From Tubulanus polymorphus (Eukaryota > Animalia > Nemertea), in NCBI RefSeq assembly GCF_964204645.1, contig NC_134031.1:9300001-9364000 (forward strand): a DNA stretch of 64,000 nt, given 5' to 3'. Position numbers and translations under genes: made by a program. Below the pieces are notes generated by a model that ran no database searches, had not been told where the DNA came from, and saw only the letters and a program-made list of their open reading frames with translations. Below are positions 23,246 to 35,029 of this stretch, piece after piece. How positions within the stretch are numbered: the stretch's first letter is position 1; every line of letters starts with the position of its first letter.

Positions 23246-26200
23246 CTATTGGAGGGATCTATATACATCTAAGCCGGTCTTAATGAATTTAGCTAAGTTG
23301 ACCGTTGGGTTTTTCAGAATATCAAGGGTATTAAAGGTATTCAAATTCAAAAAGTTTTTGCGTTGTTCGTTAAGTAAGGTACAGTCAAACAGAAAATGGG
23401 ATTCGTCACCTAAAGTATTACAAGTGGGGCATATTCTATCGGCTCTGTCTAAATGAAGGTTTGAAAATTTGTTCACAGGTAAAATATAGGACCCGACCCT
23501 AAATTCAAATAAACTAGTTCCTAAGTCCTCACCAAGTTCTATTATATACTTCTCTAACCTAATATCATTTTTATATTGCCTAAAGTTAGTGTATATCGGA
23601 TTAGTATTTATGGCAGATACAGTTTCTTGAAGGTGCTGGTCACGGAGTATCTGTTTTATTCGTTTTAAAAAAGATTTACTGTTAGTCATGAATTGCTGCG
23701 TCCAAATGCAGGACAAACCACAGTCATCAAACGTTTTCTTTATATATGATAACCAAGGGCTCTTAAATTTATCCCTTAAAAATAAATTGAAAGATATTTT
23801 ATAGAGTATTGAATTAAGTTTGGTTTGCTTTCCAGATACTGTTTTCACCCAAAAGTTAATCATCCTGCGTCTAACATCTATATTCAAAGGGTAACGTCCT
23901 ACCTCTGATAAAACTTGTAAGTTGCGAGAATATTTCGTCACTTTCATTAAGATTTTACAGAAGAAGCGATGAATATTTTCTAATAAATCAAGATTTTCAT
24001 ATCCCCAGATCTCACACCCATACATGGCTATTGGAGCAACACACGTATCAAATAATTTAAACATAACATCTATGGGCAATTTCAAACGTCTGCCTTTTTG
24101 AACGATCGAAAACATAGCTCTGATAGCTTTATCGTAAAGATACTTTTTTGCCTTAGCAAAGTTACCATTCCAATTGAATTTTACTCCGAGATAAACATAA
24201 TCTTCAACTACCTCTAACTCTTGATCACCAATCATAAATTTCGAAATCGTTTTTATCCGGGATTTACTTCGCGCAAATACTAGTACTTTAGTTTTCTCTG
24301 GGTTAACAGTGAGACCATAAGCCGCGCAATATTCAAATAAGGTATCTAAGTGTAGCTGAAGAGATTTCTCATCCTCAGCAAGAATAACTGTATCATCTGC
24401 GTATAGTATTATGAATAAATTCAGTAAAGTATCAATATCCTGATCACGATTCAAATTTAGTTTTTCTATAAATGACAAAGTTGGTTTTCCACGATCAATG
24501 AAAAATTCTTCAATGTCGTTTAAGAATAACGAAAAGAGGATAGGTGAGAGATTTTCGCCTTGTCTTAAGCCTCTATCAGCTGCAAAGTATTGTGACGTGC
24601 AACCATTTAATTCAACACATGATTTTATGGAGTTATACATATTTTTGACCACATTGAAAAAGTTTCCATTAACATTGTTAGCAATTAATTTTCGCCATAA
24701 CTTTACCCTACAAATCGAGTCGAAAGCTTTCTTAAAATCAACAAAGGCGCAAAAAAGTCTTCTTCCCTGACAAAGATACAGCTCTACGATTGTTTTAAGC
24801 GTGTAAATATGATCAATGGTGGAATATTTCGATCTAAAGCCAGCCTGGGCTTCACTTATAATGTGATTCGTATCTAGAAATGTTGACAATCTTTGATTTA
24901 GGATACTTGTAAATAATTTACCAAGACAGCTAACTAAGGTAATACCTCTATAATTATCAGGATTAGAGGGATCGCCATTCTTTTTGAAAATGGGTTTGAT
25001 GACTCCTATAGACCACATCTCTGGAACATATCCTGTTTTATGAACTAAATTGAATAATTTTTGTAATATATCAACTAAAAACGGATACTGACTAACTCCC
25101 AGCAGCTCATTCGTGATTCCATCAATGCCTGGGGCCTTATTGTTTTTGAGTAAAGAGATAGCCTTAATTACCTCATCACTGGTTATATCACTGTTCAAAA
25201 TATAATTGTCATAGACAGGATGGTCACCCACGTCTGGGGGCTCATCACCGTCATCGGTTTCATTGTTAACATTATTCAAATCATTTAATCTCATAAAATG
25301 TTCAAGAAAAATATCAATATCTATATTAGCCTCATTATTTTTTGTTCCGCTCGCAGAGTTTAGCATCGACCAATACTTTTTTGGGTTATTAATTTCGCAT
25401 TCTCTCAATTCCTTAATAAATTCATCCTTTTGTTTCTTCTTATTTTCTCGGATGACCTTTTTATAGTTTTTAGACGAGTTCTTAAGGGATTCAAAATTGG
25501 AAAGGGTAGGGCAACCCCTATATCTTTTTTTCATATAATTATATTTCTTCTGTGCATCTCTACAGTCCCTGCCAAACCATCTGTTGCGGACCGGTTTTTT
25601 GCAGTTATTACTTTTCCTACTTTTTCTATGGTACATCAAATTACACTCATCAGCACTTGATAATAAAGAAGATACAAATCTATCGGTAAGTCCATTAATG
25701 TCATCTGGCGATTGATTTCCTAGATCTTGCAACCCGTCCAATAGTAACTTATCTAAATCATTATCTCGTAATCGTGATTCTACATTCAGGAAAAATTGAT
25801 TTGATCTAGTACTGACCCACCTAATTGAAGTTTTAAAGTTCGCGTGTTCATTACCCCTTTCATTATCGCTAGCAATGGTGTCCCTAGAATTCGTATACAC
25901 GCACAGATTAATAGGATTATGTCTTTCAGATAATAATGGGTCAAAAGGCATTATTTCAAAGTCCTCAACATAACCAAACAGTTCTAAATCACACACAAAA
26001 TAATCGATGACACTAGTGTTCCTAAAAGTATAATTACCTGTCTGATCATTGCCACATCTGCCATTGAGGATAATTAGTGAATGGTTCTTACACAAATCTA
26101 TTAGTTGATAGCCTGTATTATTCTTTCTTTTGTCCTGATTATTTCTAGTAGTGGGAACGCCTAAATTAATCAATGAGTCAACAATAGGGTCTAAGTTATC

Positions 26201-27049
26201 ATCTTGAATTATCTGATTATCAGGTTCCAAAAAGTCTGGCATACAAGCGGTGTGAGCATTAAAGTCACCAGAAATTAACACATTGAAATCATACTCAACT
26301 TTCAATTGCAATAACTCTATTTCAATTTCTCTGATAGCTATTTCTGAATAATAACGACTATTTTCTGGAGGAATATAAATTACACCTAAAAGTACATGTT
26401 TGTCGCGATTAAATAAATCTTTATCTAATAAATACCAAGATACAAACTGAGAGTCAGTCGAAATTGGTTTTATTTTATTTTTCATGAACTTCCTATATAT
26501 GATACCGACGCCACCTGATCCTTTTTTTGAAAACTTTTTCCTATTTTTAAAGTGCGCCATATGGGAGGCGGGCAAGCTACAACCTAAATTACCGTCTAAA
26601 TCATCTAAGTGAGTTTCAGTTAGACATGTGATGTCATTATTGCTAATAAATTCACAGAATTCTGGGATATCGAGTTTAGCTATAAGGCCACATACATTCA
26701 GCGTAGAAAACTTTAATGATGATTTGATACAAGGAATTTCACTTATGTTTGCTGCGTTTGCTGTACTAGTTACATTTTGCTTATTTAAATCAGAAGTGTT
26801 AATATTTCGCTTATTTACATCAGAAATGAAATTGTTAGGAGTTACATCAGGTACATGATTGTTACTATTTACATCAGGGTATGTATCTACCGTATGAGAA
26901 TTTACATGCGAGCCAACGATATCTCTATTTACATTTGGATAACTGTCACATAAATTTACACTATTTACAAATTCTATAACATAACAACAACTTCGAGATA
27001 CAAGGACAGTCCGGTCTACGAATTGTACGCAAAGTCCCTCCGCTGGTTC
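23246..27049 (-). CDS. LINE ORF2 (AP endonuclease, RT, C-terminal CCHC finger); frame is open up to the ORF1 stop
   Basis: LNVCGL, CLTETH, GDFNAHT, LNGR, NYRGITL, FVDFKKAFD, GLRQGENLSP, LYADD, CPTC..GDESHFLFDC. I translated 26576-27049 by hand and found no stop. Confidence 0.9.
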   Translation of the reverse strand, partial: EPAEGLCVQFVDRTVLVSRSCCYVIEFVNSVNLCDSYPNVNRDIVGSHVNSHTVDTYPDVNSNNHVPDVTPNNFISDVNKRNINTSDLNKQNVTSTANAANISEIPCIKSSLKFSTLNVCGLIAKLDIPEFCEFISNNDITCLTETHLDDLDGNLGCSLPASHMAHFKNRKKFSKKGSGGVGIIYRKFMKNKIKPISTDSQFVSWYLLDKDLFNRDKHVLLGVIYIPPENSRYYSEIAIREIEIELLQLKVEYDFNVLISGDFNAHTACMPDFLEPDNQIIQDDNLDPIVDSLINLGVPTTRNNQDKRKNNTGYQLIDLCKNHSLIILNGRCGNDQTGNYTFRNTSVIDYFVCDLELFGYVEDFEIMPFDPLLSERHNPINLCVYTNSRDTIASDNERGNEHANFKTSIRWVSTRSNQFFLNVESRLRDNDLDKLLLDGLQDLGNQSPDDINGLTDRFVSSLLSSADECNLMYHRKSRKSNNCKKPVRNRWFGRDCRDAQKKYNYMKKRYRGCPTLSNFESLKNSSKNYKKVIRENKKKQKDEFIKELRECEINNPKKYWSMLNSASGTKNNEANIDIDIFLEHFMRLNDLNNVNNETDDGDEPPDVGDHPVYDNYILNSDITSDEVIKAISLLKNNKAPGIDGITNELLGVSQYPFLVDILQKLFNLVHKTGYVPEMWSIGVIKPIFKKNGDPSNPDNYRGITLVSCLGKLFTSILNQRLSTFLDTNHIISEAQAGFRSKYSTIDHIYTLKTIVELYLCQGRRLFCAFVDFKKAFDSICRVKLWRKLIANNVNGNFFNVVKNMYNSIKSCVELNGCTSQYFAADRGLRQGENLSPILFSLFLNDIEEFFIDRGKPTLSFIEKLNLNRDQDIDTLLNLFIILYADDTVILAEDEKSLQLHLDTLFEYCAAYGLTVNPEKTKVLVFARSKSRIKTISKFMIGDQELEVVEDYVYLGVKFNWNGNFAKAKKYLYDKAIRAMFSIVQKGRRLKLPIDVMFKLFDTCVAPIAMYGCEIWGYENLDLLENIHRFFCKILMKVTKYSRNLQVLSEVGRYPLNIDVRRRMINFWVKTVSGKQTKLNSILYKISFNLFLRDKFKSPWLSYIKKTFDDCGLSCIWTQQFMTNSKSFLKRIKQILRDQHLQETVSAINTNPIYTNFRQYKNDIRLEKYIIELGEDLGTSLFEFRVGSYILPVNKFSNLHLDRADRICPTCNTLGDESHFLFDCTLLNEQRKNFLNLNTFNTLDILKNPTVNLAKFIKTGLDVYRSLQ

Positions 27050-27835
27050 CTAGTGGCTGTCCATCGGTACGCGGTCACGGTTTTCGCGGATAACGAGTTT
27101 GTCCCGTACAAAGAAAGCTTGTTTTCCGTTCGCTTTCGCGGCTCTCAGCTCGGGTAGCTTTTCACGTCGTCTCGCCGCCCATTCCTCAGGCACCTGTTCA
27201 TTCAGTCCTAAAGACGAGCCCGCGAGATTTTTCGCAACTGAACGTACCAGTTCACGATCTTTGAAGAACTCGAATTTTGCAACAATTGGGCGCGGTTTTT
27301 TCTGTTCGTTTTTCCTTCGTCCAAGGCGATGTGTTCGCGCGAATTTGAATGAGTTCACGGTCGTCTTCGGTAACTTAAGGTCTTTCTCGCAAAAGCCTTT
27401 AATTAAGTCCTCGGTATTCTCATTTTCGGATTCCTCGACGCCGTAAAAGATCAAATTATCGCGCATGCTACGCCATTGCTGATCTAGGAGTAGTTCATGG
27501 TCCGATTTGATAATTGCGTCCTGATCAGCGACGACTTTCTCTAAATCGCGAACTTTGCTTCTAAGTTGTTCGTTTTCACTCTTTAGTTGTAATACGTCCT
27601 GGTGGCAAAATTCAAGCGATTGTTTAACTTCGGTCATGTCCCTCTGCAAGTCGTCTAGAAGCTCTAATTTCGAAAGCTGGGAAAGAATCGCATCAAGTTT
27701 TGACGATATTCCATTGTCTGCTTCCACACGTGATGCCGTTTCCTCAGTCGATTTATGATTCTGGCGATTCGGACGATTTGATGCTGCAGTCTTCTGCTTC
27801 TTGTTAGGGGCTGAAACACTTTGTCTTCCCGCCAT
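27050..27835 (-). CDS. LINE ORF1 (coiled coil plus RRM-type nucleic-acid-binding domain)
   Basis: SMRDNLIFYGVEE, RTHRLG, PRPIVAKF, ARRREKLP motifs typical of L1-like ORF1 folds. Confidence 0.88.
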   Translation of the reverse strand: MAGRQSVSAPNKKQKTAASNRPNRQNHKSTEETASRVEADNGISSKLDAILSQLSKLELLDDLQRDMTEVKQSLEFCHQDVLQLKSENEQLRSKVRDLEKVVADQDAIIKSDHELLLDQQWRSMRDNLIFYGVEESENENTEDLIKGFCEKDLKLPKTTVNSFKFARTHRLGRRKNEQKKPRPIVAKFEFFKDRELVRSVAKNLAGSSLGLNEQVPEEWAARRREKLPELRAAKANGKQAFFVRDKLVIRENRDRVPMDSH

Positions 27836-28037
27836 TTTCTCCAGGTCTCACCGAATATCACACAGATTTTGTGGTTGAAAAAGAAAAACAAATCGGTTAA
27901 GTTTCAATTTATAGAAACGGGATTAACTGGACGCAAAGAATTAAACTAATCTAGGCCCTACGCACGTTAGTTCGTTTGTCATCAACCGGTGCGATTAGTC
28001 TTTGTCGACTATGCAATGTTAATTCGTTTGATATAAG

Positions 28038-30647
28038 CTAGTTTTTAGTGTCCATTGTCCATTTGTCCTTAGTAGATAATGATGGTCTTTTCTTCCACTG
28101 AACAGGATTATTAATATGAAAAGCATCATTTTTCCAAAATTGATATATGTGAAATTTTGACAAGTCATTATTGAAAAGTACTAATCTTAATTTCCAATTA
28201 CAGGTTATATGTTGATGATAAATGCGTTTGGAAATTGTTGCTGAACGTAAAAAAGCCGGACGACTTACTTTATGGTTCAGTTTATAGTTATAACAAGTTG
28301 CGCATAACTTATTACCCATTTCATCAGTTGACCATTTAGGACTAGAAACGCTTGCACAATGAAAACATGTATTACTCGATTCAAGAGACTTCCTACATGC
28401 AGGACATGACTTAGTATTTGCTGATAAATCTAAAGTATTTAGTAAAGCACCACAGTCTGATCTACATTTTTGCGAAGTAGATGAACATCTTATCAAAATC
28501 TCTACTGCCTTACCATGAGTCACTGGGAGATCGTTCAAGGTTTCTTTAAATTTGTACTTTTCATCAAATCTGTGTGTTGTTCCCCATCCCTTTTTCTCGG
28601 TTACTGAGACCTTCATGGCAGACATACTTTCAGGATACAAAACCTGTACATTTTTGTTTAAAATACTAACCTTTTTCGTAAAATCAAAAGAAAACTTATC
28701 AAAAAAAACTTTTGTATCGATTCCTGTTTGTACTTCCCCAATATGTATCCACTCTTCAGAAGTGCAGCTTTCAACCCATTTAATCAATTCATCACTTCGA
28801 AGAAATGCTTCCACTCTATCCATACTCTCTCTATCACTTCTTCCAGAAGAATTACAAGGAAATGTTTTATAAAAATGTCGAGTAGAACTTGTCAATTGCA
28901 TATCAACTTGAAGTACATGTTTTCCATTTCTAATTTTATGCCAAATTCGGGGTTCACCCTTCAAAATGCTTGATACATCAACTGGAGATTGGTTTAGCAA
29001 AATTAGATTTTGTGGAAGCTTTTTTTGAGGACTGTGGGTTTTAGTGACTGCTTTTTTTTCAGGAGAGTGGGTTTCAGTGACTGAGGTCTTTTTACACTTT
29101 TTAGCTGCGGGAAAAAAATCATCCTCATCACTACATATTATAACTGGTGAATTTTCACGCATAAAACCTTTCTTTAAAGGAGTTAAAAATTGAAAATTTT
29201 GTGATGTTTGAGAAGGATCATATAAATTTGAAATATCAATGGTTCCTGTTATCAACCAGTCTATCAAAATAAATCTGAGAAAATGTGAATTTTTACTGAT
29301 ATTTCTTAGGTATGAAAGTCTAGAATCGATGGCATTCGGACGTTTTGCAGCTAGTGTATAAAATTCATTGCTCTCAAATGCTGCCAAGCATCCACCAATA
29401 ATGGATGCAGGTCCGCAGACAGCACCACAACTTTGAATAGGATAAAGGGGAGAACATTGTGAGGAGCATTTATGTCTACCATCATGACCAAAATTCACCG
29501 AGTGACAGAGTATAATATTCGGCCGATGCCTTATATGTAGATGATCAGATAGTTGATGTATATGTGATTTGAACTCAGGTGGACATGGCCAACCTAAAGT
29601 GTCCATATAAAAAACACAATTCTTAGAAATATCAAAAACAGCACATGAATAATGATTTGCCATTTGATGATGAGAGCGATGTAAAAATGAATGTCCCCCA
29701 CCAAACCCAACATGCAAGAAAAATATGAGCTTTTCACATGAACTGAAAAAATCCCCATTAAATAGACGTTGCATTTTAATTGCAAAACGCTCAGAATCAA
29801 AATACATAGGGAACATTTCAGCATAAACAGAAGGCTTTGACATATTTATCAAATGGGAAAAAGCATTCATGAGTGAACCATCCAACCAGGTGTTCAATGC
29901 GAGGGTTTTAATTTCATCAACTTGTAAACTATATCCATTTACATTTATATGTTTACTGGGGATCTCATTCTCTAAATATGAAAGAAATATTTCTCTGTTA
30001 TTTTTCATGGCTGCATTTTGAGTAATAGGGAAAACAACAAGACTAGCTCTTAACCATTCAACAATTCGAATGAATACTTCTTTATTTTTTTTGGCAGTTA
30101 CTAACAAAAAGCGCAATTTTTTAAGTTCATCAATGCTAAAACAGCCATAATCAAGGTTTACATGGTTAGAATTTTTGCCGTGAAAACCCAAAATCAACTC
30201 ATCCAGTTGTTTTTGATGAGGAGTGAATTGGGCATTCTCAGCACTGGTACAAGTACCTGTGCACATGCGACACTTAATTTGCAAAGATGCCTTTGTTATA
30301 GGAATATGCATCTTTGCATAATAGCCAAGGGGTTGCTCATCTAATTGAACATTTTCATCAGATTCACCCTCTCCTTCACTAATAACAATTACATCACCCC
30401 CACCACGGATTCTCCTAGGCACATTTCCTACCTCTACATGTTCAAACTGTTTCTCCAACTCTTTCGTATTACCAGTATCTGACACACACCCACTTTTGCA
30501 AGCACACCGACAGCTCCCACTCTCGCACGCACACCGACAGCTCCCACTCTCGCACGCACACCGACAGCTCCCACTCTCGCAAGCACACCGACAGCTCCCA
30601 TTCTCGCACGCACGCCGACAGCTCCCACTCTCACCAGTTACTCTCAT
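28038..30647 (-). CDS. Ulp1/C48-like cysteine protease plus GATA-type zinc finger, probably a large exon
   Basis: TLALNTWLDGSLMNAF, NHYSCAVFD, YMDTLG, PIQSCGAVCG (H-D-Q-C order of C48 proteases); CFHC-x17-CATCYNYKLNHKVSRP resembles a GATA finger; N-terminal (ESGSCRCAC)x5. Confidence 0.75.
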   Translation of the reverse strand: MRVTGESGSCRRACENGSCRCACESGSCRCACESGSCRCACESGSCRCACKSGCVSDTGNTKELEKQFEHVEVGNVPRRIRGGGDVIVISEGEGESDENVQLDEQPLGYYAKMHIPITKASLQIKCRMCTGTCTSAENAQFTPHQKQLDELILGFHGKNSNHVNLDYGCFSIDELKKLRFLLVTAKKNKEVFIRIVEWLRASLVVFPITQNAAMKNNREIFLSYLENEIPSKHINVNGYSLQVDEIKTLALNTWLDGSLMNAFSHLINMSKPSVYAEMFPMYFDSERFAIKMQRLFNGDFFSSCEKLIFFLHVGFGGGHSFLHRSHHQMANHYSCAVFDISKNCVFYMDTLGWPCPPEFKSHIHQLSDHLHIRHRPNIILCHSVNFGHDGRHKCSSQCSPLYPIQSCGAVCGPASIIGGCLAAFESNEFYTLAAKRPNAIDSRLSYLRNISKNSHFLRFILIDWLITGTIDISNLYDPSQTSQNFQFLTPLKKGFMRENSPVIICSDEDDFFPAAKKCKKTSVTETHSPEKKAVTKTHSPQKKLPQNLILLNQSPVDVSSILKGEPRIWHKIRNGKHVLQVDMQLTSSTRHFYKTFPCNSSGRSDRESMDRVEAFLRSDELIKWVESCTSEEWIHIGEVQTGIDTKVFFDKFSFDFTKKVSILNKNVQVLYPESMSAMKVSVTEKKGWGTTHRFDEKYKFKETLNDLPVTHGKAVEILIRCSSTSQKCRSDCGALLNTLDLSANTKSCPACRKSLESSNTCFHCASVSSPKWSTDEMGNKLCATCYNYKLNHKVSRPAFLRSATISKRIYHQHITCNWKLRLVLFNNDLSKFHIYQFWKNDAFHINNPVQWKKRPSLSTKDKWTMDTKN

Positions 30648-32390
30648 ATCTGTCTTACCTTGGCCAAGTTTGGGACACCTGAAAAATTGATATTATTACT
30701 TAAGCATCTAAATGAAAAATTAGAATTCCAGCTTCCAATGATCCAATGGAAAAAAATCATCCTCATCACTACATATTATAACTGGTGAATTTTCACGCAT
30801 AAAACCTTTCTTTAAAGGAGTTAAAAATTGAAAATTTTGTGATGTTTGAGAAGGATCATATAAATTTGAAATATCAATGGTTCCTGTTATCAACCAGTCT
30901 ATCAAAATAAATCTGAGAAAATGTGAATTTTTACTGATATTTCTTAGGTATGAAAGTCTAGAATCGATGGCATTCGGACGTTTTGCAGCTAGTGTATAAA
31001 ATTCATTGCTCTCAAATGCTGCCAAGCATCCACCAATAATGGATGCAGGTCCGCAGACAGCACCACAACTTTGAATAGGATAAAGGGGAGAACATTGTGA
31101 GGAGCATTTATGTCTACCATCATGACCAAAATTCACCGAGTGACAGAGTATAATATTCGGCCGATGCCTTATATGTAGATGATCAGATAGTTGATGTATA
31201 TGTTATTTGAACTCAGGTGGACATGGCCAACCTAAAGTGTCCATATAAAAAACACAATTCTTAGAAATATCAAAAACAGCACATGAATAATGATTTGCCA
31301 TTTGATGATGAGAGCGATGTAAAAATGAATGTCCCCCACCAAACCCAACATGCAAGAAAAATATGAGCTTTTCACATGAACTGAAAAAATCCCCATTAAA
31401 TAGACGTTGCATTTTAATTGCAAAACGCTCAGAATCAAAATACATAGGGAACATTTCAGCATAAACAGAAGGCTTTGACATATTTATCAAATGGGAAAAA
31501 GCATTCATGAGTGAACCATCCAACCAGGTGTTCAATGCGAGGGTTTTAATTTCATCAACTTGTAAACTATATCCATTTACATTTATATGTTTACTGGGGA
31601 TCTCATTCTCTAAATATGAAAGAAATATTTCTCTGTTATTTTTCATGGCTGCATTTTGAGTAATAGGGAAAACAACAAGACTAGCTCTTAACCATTCAAC
31701 AATTCGAATGAATACTTCTTTATTTTTTTTGGCAGTTACTAACAAAAAGCGCAATTTTTTAAGTTCATCAATGCTAAAACAGCCATAATCAAGGTTTACA
31801 TGGTTAGAATTTTTGCCGTGAAAACCCAAAATCAACTCATCCAGTTGTTTTTGATGAGGAGTGAATTGGGCATTCTCAGCACTGGTACAAGTACCTGTGC
31901 ACATGCGACACTCAATTTGCAAAGATGCCTTTGTTATAGGAATATGCATCTTTGCATAATAGCCAAGGGGTTGCTCATCTAATTGAACATTTTCATCAGA
32001 TTCACCCTCTCCTTCACTAATAACAATTACATCACCCCCACCACGGATTCTCCTAGGCACATTTCCTACCTCTACATGTTCAAACTGTTTCTCCAACTCT
32101 TTCGTATTACCAGTATCTGACACACACCCACTTTTGCAAGCACACCGACAGCTCCCACTCTCGCACGCACACCGACAGCTCCCACTCTCGCACGCACACC
32201 GACAGCTCCCACTCTCGCAAGCACACCGACAGCTCCCATTCTCGCACGCACGCCGACAGCTCCCACTCTCACCAGTTACTCTCATATCTGTCTTACCTTG
32301 GCCAAGTTTGGGACACCTGAAAAATTGATATTATTACTTAAGCATCTAAATGAAAAATTAGAATTCCAGCTTCCAATGATCCAATGGAAA
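29110..32390. repeat. 1638-bp near-identical tandem duplication
   Basis: ORF starts 30647 and 32285 differ by 1638; junction near 30748 has GGAAAAA microhomology; the right copy carries a stop at 31203. Confidence 0.92.
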
Positions 32391-33619
32391 AATATCAACA
32401 ATGGTTAAGGTTCAATACTTACGTATCAAGATCATGAAAACTAACAACATGGTTAAGGAGATCTTCCCAATTCATTAAATCGGATCCACAAAAGCACACA
32501 TGGTCTGAAGGATCTACATAGTCAGAGACCTTTAACAAATAACATAATACAGCATAAAATGTGTACCGGGTATCTACAAGGCATAGTTCATAACCAGCTA
32601 AGAGATAGATTTTTAATCAAACGTACTTGTTTCACAGCAAATCTTTTCTTTTTCTGACATCTTTTAGAGTATTTACAAGGAATCTGTTGTACTTTAATCT
32701 GAAAAATTGATTTAGGCATCAATGAAATGCTGCTGCTGCTGCTTTAATCATATCTAAAACAATAATATGCACTTACATCAGAATGATATAATGAATGAAT
32801 TTTTTCGCTGCATAGAAGAATATCAACTCCAGCAACATTAATCCTAGACATACCCTAAAAACAAATGAAAAATTGTGTATCAGTGCTAAAACTGGAAGTA
32901 TGCAACAGCCTCTTCATGTGCAGCACAGGCTTGAATAAACATCAATGTGAATACACATGATAACATATAAGTACAATCAAAAATATTTTTGGTAAAATTG
33001 ATGACATTATTATGAGAATGATTAAATATACCTCGCTGTAATCACTCTTATCATTCTTCGTACATGTATAACTAGTATTATAAAAGATATTCTGTTGTCT
33101 TGAGCTTGTCTTGATCTGAAAACAGAATTGAATTGTAGAAGTTTTAAAATGCCTTGCCCTTTTGATTAACAAGTTAACAGTGCCACATTTAAAATTGGAA
33201 AATAAGGGCTTCTCTAATAACTAACCTTTATTCCCATTGATACACATTTATCTTTTACTAATCGCTCTCTGATCTTTGTTATCACCTATATAGTGAACAT
33301 AATGAATTGATCAAGAAACAATCAAATATAATCCATTTTTCTTTACTTCGAATCGAATCGATAGTCCAATTTACCTTTTGTCTGTGAATTTTCCGATTTT
33401 CTAACATTTTTGATACTTCGTACGGAAAATATACCGGACCCCTATATGATTCAAACATATTTTTCATTAAAATCTGATTCTAAAAATTAAGAGATTCAAT
33501 AATTTTCCGAGATGGACAGTGACTTTAACATAGTCATAGGGAACGTCTCCATATGCACAGTAAAACAAGCTTAATCATTATTTCGTAATTGATGTATATA
33601 TACATCTAAAAATGATCCT

Positions 33620-34492
33620 ACATCCTGATTTCACTGGTTAATAATGCAGATTAAAATGGGCTCTACTGTATTATCATTCTCATACCTGGTTTCCTGACTG
33701 CTTAAAAGATCGATTATTCTCCCTTCGATAACTATGTTCCCTTCTCTACTGGGATGCAAAAAATCCGTACTATAAAATAAAAATTGGTTAGGCATGGACA
33801 ATGTATTACCAATAGGTCAGGCTAAAGAGAAATATTTTACTTACGGGGAAAGTAACTCCTCAGAAAACTCAAGATCATAGAATCTAACCCCCAGTTTCAA
33901 ACATTCTCTGTGTAGCATTTCGTTATAGTACTTGACTTTTATGTTAGCATCATAACTGAAAAATAATTTCAGGGAAATTAGGTGAATCACCTTCAGATCA
34001 AAAATGAAATTATAAATATCATTTCCGTCATTCTCATGATAAAACAAACTCTTCAAACGATCAATGTAATCATTGAAATACTTACTTGTCAAGTCTAGTA
34101 AAAAGAGCTGGTACTATAATCGGGCAATAACATTTACTAATTACAAGACGAATCAAATAAACATGCTGTTCCAGTACTTTTTCTAGCGGTTGGTCCTCAG
34201 TCATGTTATTTGTTCCCACATGCAAAATAACCCGATTCGCATGGATAATATCAACTCTCCGTAATTCTGTAATGAAATAAACACAATCATATCTATACTA
34301 GCAAGAGACTATCTTTTCTAAAAATTTCATTCAGAGTGTTTGTGATTGTATTTTGCAACGACAAGTCGACAACTATAAATTACCTTTTATCAATGTTTGG
34401 ATTCTGCCTCCAGGGCACACTATCTTTTCCCAGTCAAAAATGTCATTTTGTCCCACATATTTGAGGATGCTGTCTGCCAAGAGACAGATACG
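33620..34492 (-). CDS. Spliced SGNH/GDSL hydrolase domain (exons 34384-34492, 34086-34266, 33845-33955, and from 33769 downward)
   Basis: GT-AG introns with compatible phases give CLLADSILKY..CPGGRI..RVILHVGTNN..TRLD..YNEML..TDFLHPSREG (SGNH blocks I, II, III, V). Not present in the ORF track. Confidence 0.78.
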
Positions 34493-35029
34493 CTAAAAAG
34501 ATACCGTACCTTGAATTAAACATAGTTTTTACTCATATCAGTATCAATGTTTTGTGACATGTATTAACAAACCTGCTTGTGTCTAAAATGCCTAACATGT
34601 AGGTCTAGGCATATGAAAAAATGTGCATAAGTATAAATGTGCTAGATTGTATAATAAAACTAAAACACCAAGTATTTACATTTTCTATCAACATATGAAA
34701 AACACAATAAAAAGCATATCACCACCATGCAAATAAAACTAAAACACCCAATTTTTACATTTTCCACCAACAATAACAAATGTTATATATGATAAATAAA
34801 TCATATGTGATGAATAAATAAAACAATCAATAATGTTACGAAGCAAGGATATCCGTACTGAATTAAATGGATACTGCAATGTAACATTACAGATTACAGA
34901 TAGATAGACTATAAAGATAGCTAGACTTAGAAAAAATAATACTTATCCCTAAAAACCACATGTTGAACTGTAAGAAACAACATATAATTAAAAAAATATT
35001 CATTTTTCAGGTACGAGTTAGGCCTAAAA

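Larger units (their letters stand above)
23040..27990 (-). mobile_element. Full-length two-ORF LINE (RTEX-like, clade tentative)
   Basis: ORF1 and ORF2 open; 3' AATAAA followed by (TCGTAA)n tail; short CGATTA direct repeat at both ends. Confidence 0.88.
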
